Positions 63,064-64,000 of a stretch of DNA of 64,000 bases are shown piece after piece (the first letter of the stretch is position 1; every line of letters begins with the position of its first letter). A program made the position numbers and the translations under genes. The stretch is from the NCBI GenBank assembly GCA_021735655.1, contig JAIPGM010000004.1, positions 1 through 64,000 of the forward strand, in the 5' to 3' direction. This DNA comes from Candidatus Omnitrophota bacterium. Lineage in GTDB: Bacteria; Omnitrophota; Gorgyraeia; Duberdicusellales; 4484-171. The notes beneath the pieces are model-generated. The model did no database searches, was not told where the DNA came from, and worked only from the letters and a program-made list of their open reading frames with translations.

Positions 63064-64000
63064 TTATAAAATCAAACCGAAGGCGGCCGAAAAACTACTC
63101 TTAAAGTGATTAAACCGCTCATCTAGGATTTGACCGTCTAGTTTTTTTAAAAAGCTAGGGATATTTGGCAAAAGGCTCACCTCTACATCTAAGGCTTCAG
63201 CAAAAACACTCTCAATATCTTTAATCGAAGCTAACCCGCCGGTCAAATAGACTTTATCTATATGTTCACCTTTGTTAACTTCGAAATAATCAAAAGAGCT
63301 TTTCATTTCCTTGCAAAGCCCCGAGATGCCGCTTTGAATAAATTCCAGAAATTCGCCAGCATCAGGAGAACTCACAAGTTGCTTTTCAACCTCACCTGGC
63401 TTCAAACCTTTGGTCCGAGCTACGATCGCCACTATATCTTTTGTGCTGAATTTGACATCCCGAGTTAGAAAAGGAACCCCTTTATTTACGATCGTCATAA
63501 CCGAGAAACTACTGCCAATGTCTAAAATGCAAGAATTAATCTCCTTGTTATCGCTACAGTTATCGAGAAAAAGATTGAAGATGCAAATGCTATCTAAATT
63601 TATCTCAGATACTTCTACTCCGAGTGTTTTAAAAGCTTCCAAAATATTATCGATATAATCCTTCTTGGCGACGGCTAGCAAAATTGATAGCTCTGTTGGG
63701 CTGGCATCTTTTAAAATATAATAATCAAAATACACCTCTTCCGGAGAAAAAGGAATATGCTTATTCAGCTCATAGAAAAGTGCCTGCTCTAATCTTTTCT
63801 TCTCCATTTTAGGAAAGGAAAAATAACGCACTAGACAACTCGGATTCTTAATAGAAATCTTGACTGATTTGGCAGAAATCTTCTTTTGAGCCCAGACTTT
63901 TCCAAGAGTTTTAACTAAATCTTCATTCGGTTCAATAAAATAATCAGAAAGGCTATCTCCTTTAAAAATTAGCCCTTTAAGGTAGTAATTTCCAATGTTT
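63064..64000 (-). CDS. type IV pilus assembly protein PilM-like (actin-like ATPase fold), 5-prime partial at window edge
   Basis: The listed ORF starts with GTG at 63831. The same frame stays open with no stop to position 64000, so the N-terminus lies beyond the window. Immediately upstream of pilN, as in pilMNO/mshIJ. Confidence 0.55.
   Translation of the reverse strand, partial: NIGNYYLKGLIFKGDSLSDYFIEPNEDLVKTLGKVWAQKKISAKSVKISIKNPSCLVRYFSFPKMEKKRLEQALFYELNKHIPFSPEEVYFDYYILKDASPTELSILLAVAKKDYIDNILEAFKTLGVEVSEINLDSICIFNLFLDNCSDNKEINSCILDIGSSFSVMTIVNKGVPFLTRDVKFSTKDIVAIVARTKGLKPGEVEKQLVSSPDAGEFLEFIQSGISGLCKEMKSSFDYFEVNKGEHIDKVYLTGGLASIKDIESVFAEALDVEVSLLPNIPSFLKKLDGQILDERFNHFKSSFSAAFGLIL

Overview
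The window is an AT-rich, very gene-dense stretch of about 70 protein-coding genes from a diderm bacterium. It carries a TolC-like outer-membrane factor, a secretin, BioC/BioH-type biotin genes and near-consensus sigma70 promoters. Nearly everything from 235 to 50010 is on the minus strand, and the strand switches at about 50 kb. I found no rRNA, tRNA, CRISPR array, transposase or large repeat. Intergenic gaps are tiny.

Functional blocks in order:
- Trehalose/osmolyte island at 0.2-7.3 kb: otsB, otsA, a GT4 glycosyltransferase, a GH65 phosphorylase, beta-phosphoglucomutase and an MscS channel.
- Stand-alone fusA, a divergent SplB-like radical SAM gene, and OsmC.
- fur-feoA-feoB with a consensus promoter and a palindromic operator.
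- CBS-domain cation/proton antiporter.
- birA-bioBFHCDA with a bioO operator that closely resembles the E. coli one, preceded by a cupin, nifU and nifS.
- Copper-resistance operon of about 12.4 kb at 24.3-36.8 kb. Its accessory genes are the most novel part of the window: two secreted DUF1573 proteins, one fused to tandem rhodaneses and one with a Cys cluster; a His-rich YHS-CuA-cupredoxin fusion; an unknown membrane protein; a Met-rich periplasmic protein; and a CzcN/ICMT-like gene remnant.
- Sulfur-assimilation and siroheme super-operon at 36.9-49.7 kb: metW, metX, cysK, metY, an unusual PP-loop ATPase plus ferredoxin-domain pair, an Rrf2 regulator, a small alSiR-type sulfite reductase, hemL, hemB, cobA, hemC (truncated, lacking domain 3), hemA, sirC and an APS reductase.
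- thiE-thiS-thiG-thiH-thiF on the plus strand, with no recognisable THI-box.
- A convergent radical SAM gene of unknown function, a thioredoxin-CcdA fusion and a GH94-like 880 aa protein.
- MSHA-type pilus/secretin cluster running off the window end: GspB-like, ExeA/MshM ATPase, secretin, a small T2SSB-like protein, PilO, PilN and PilM (partial).

All assignments come from motif-level reading of the supplied translations and the DNA. No database searches were run.
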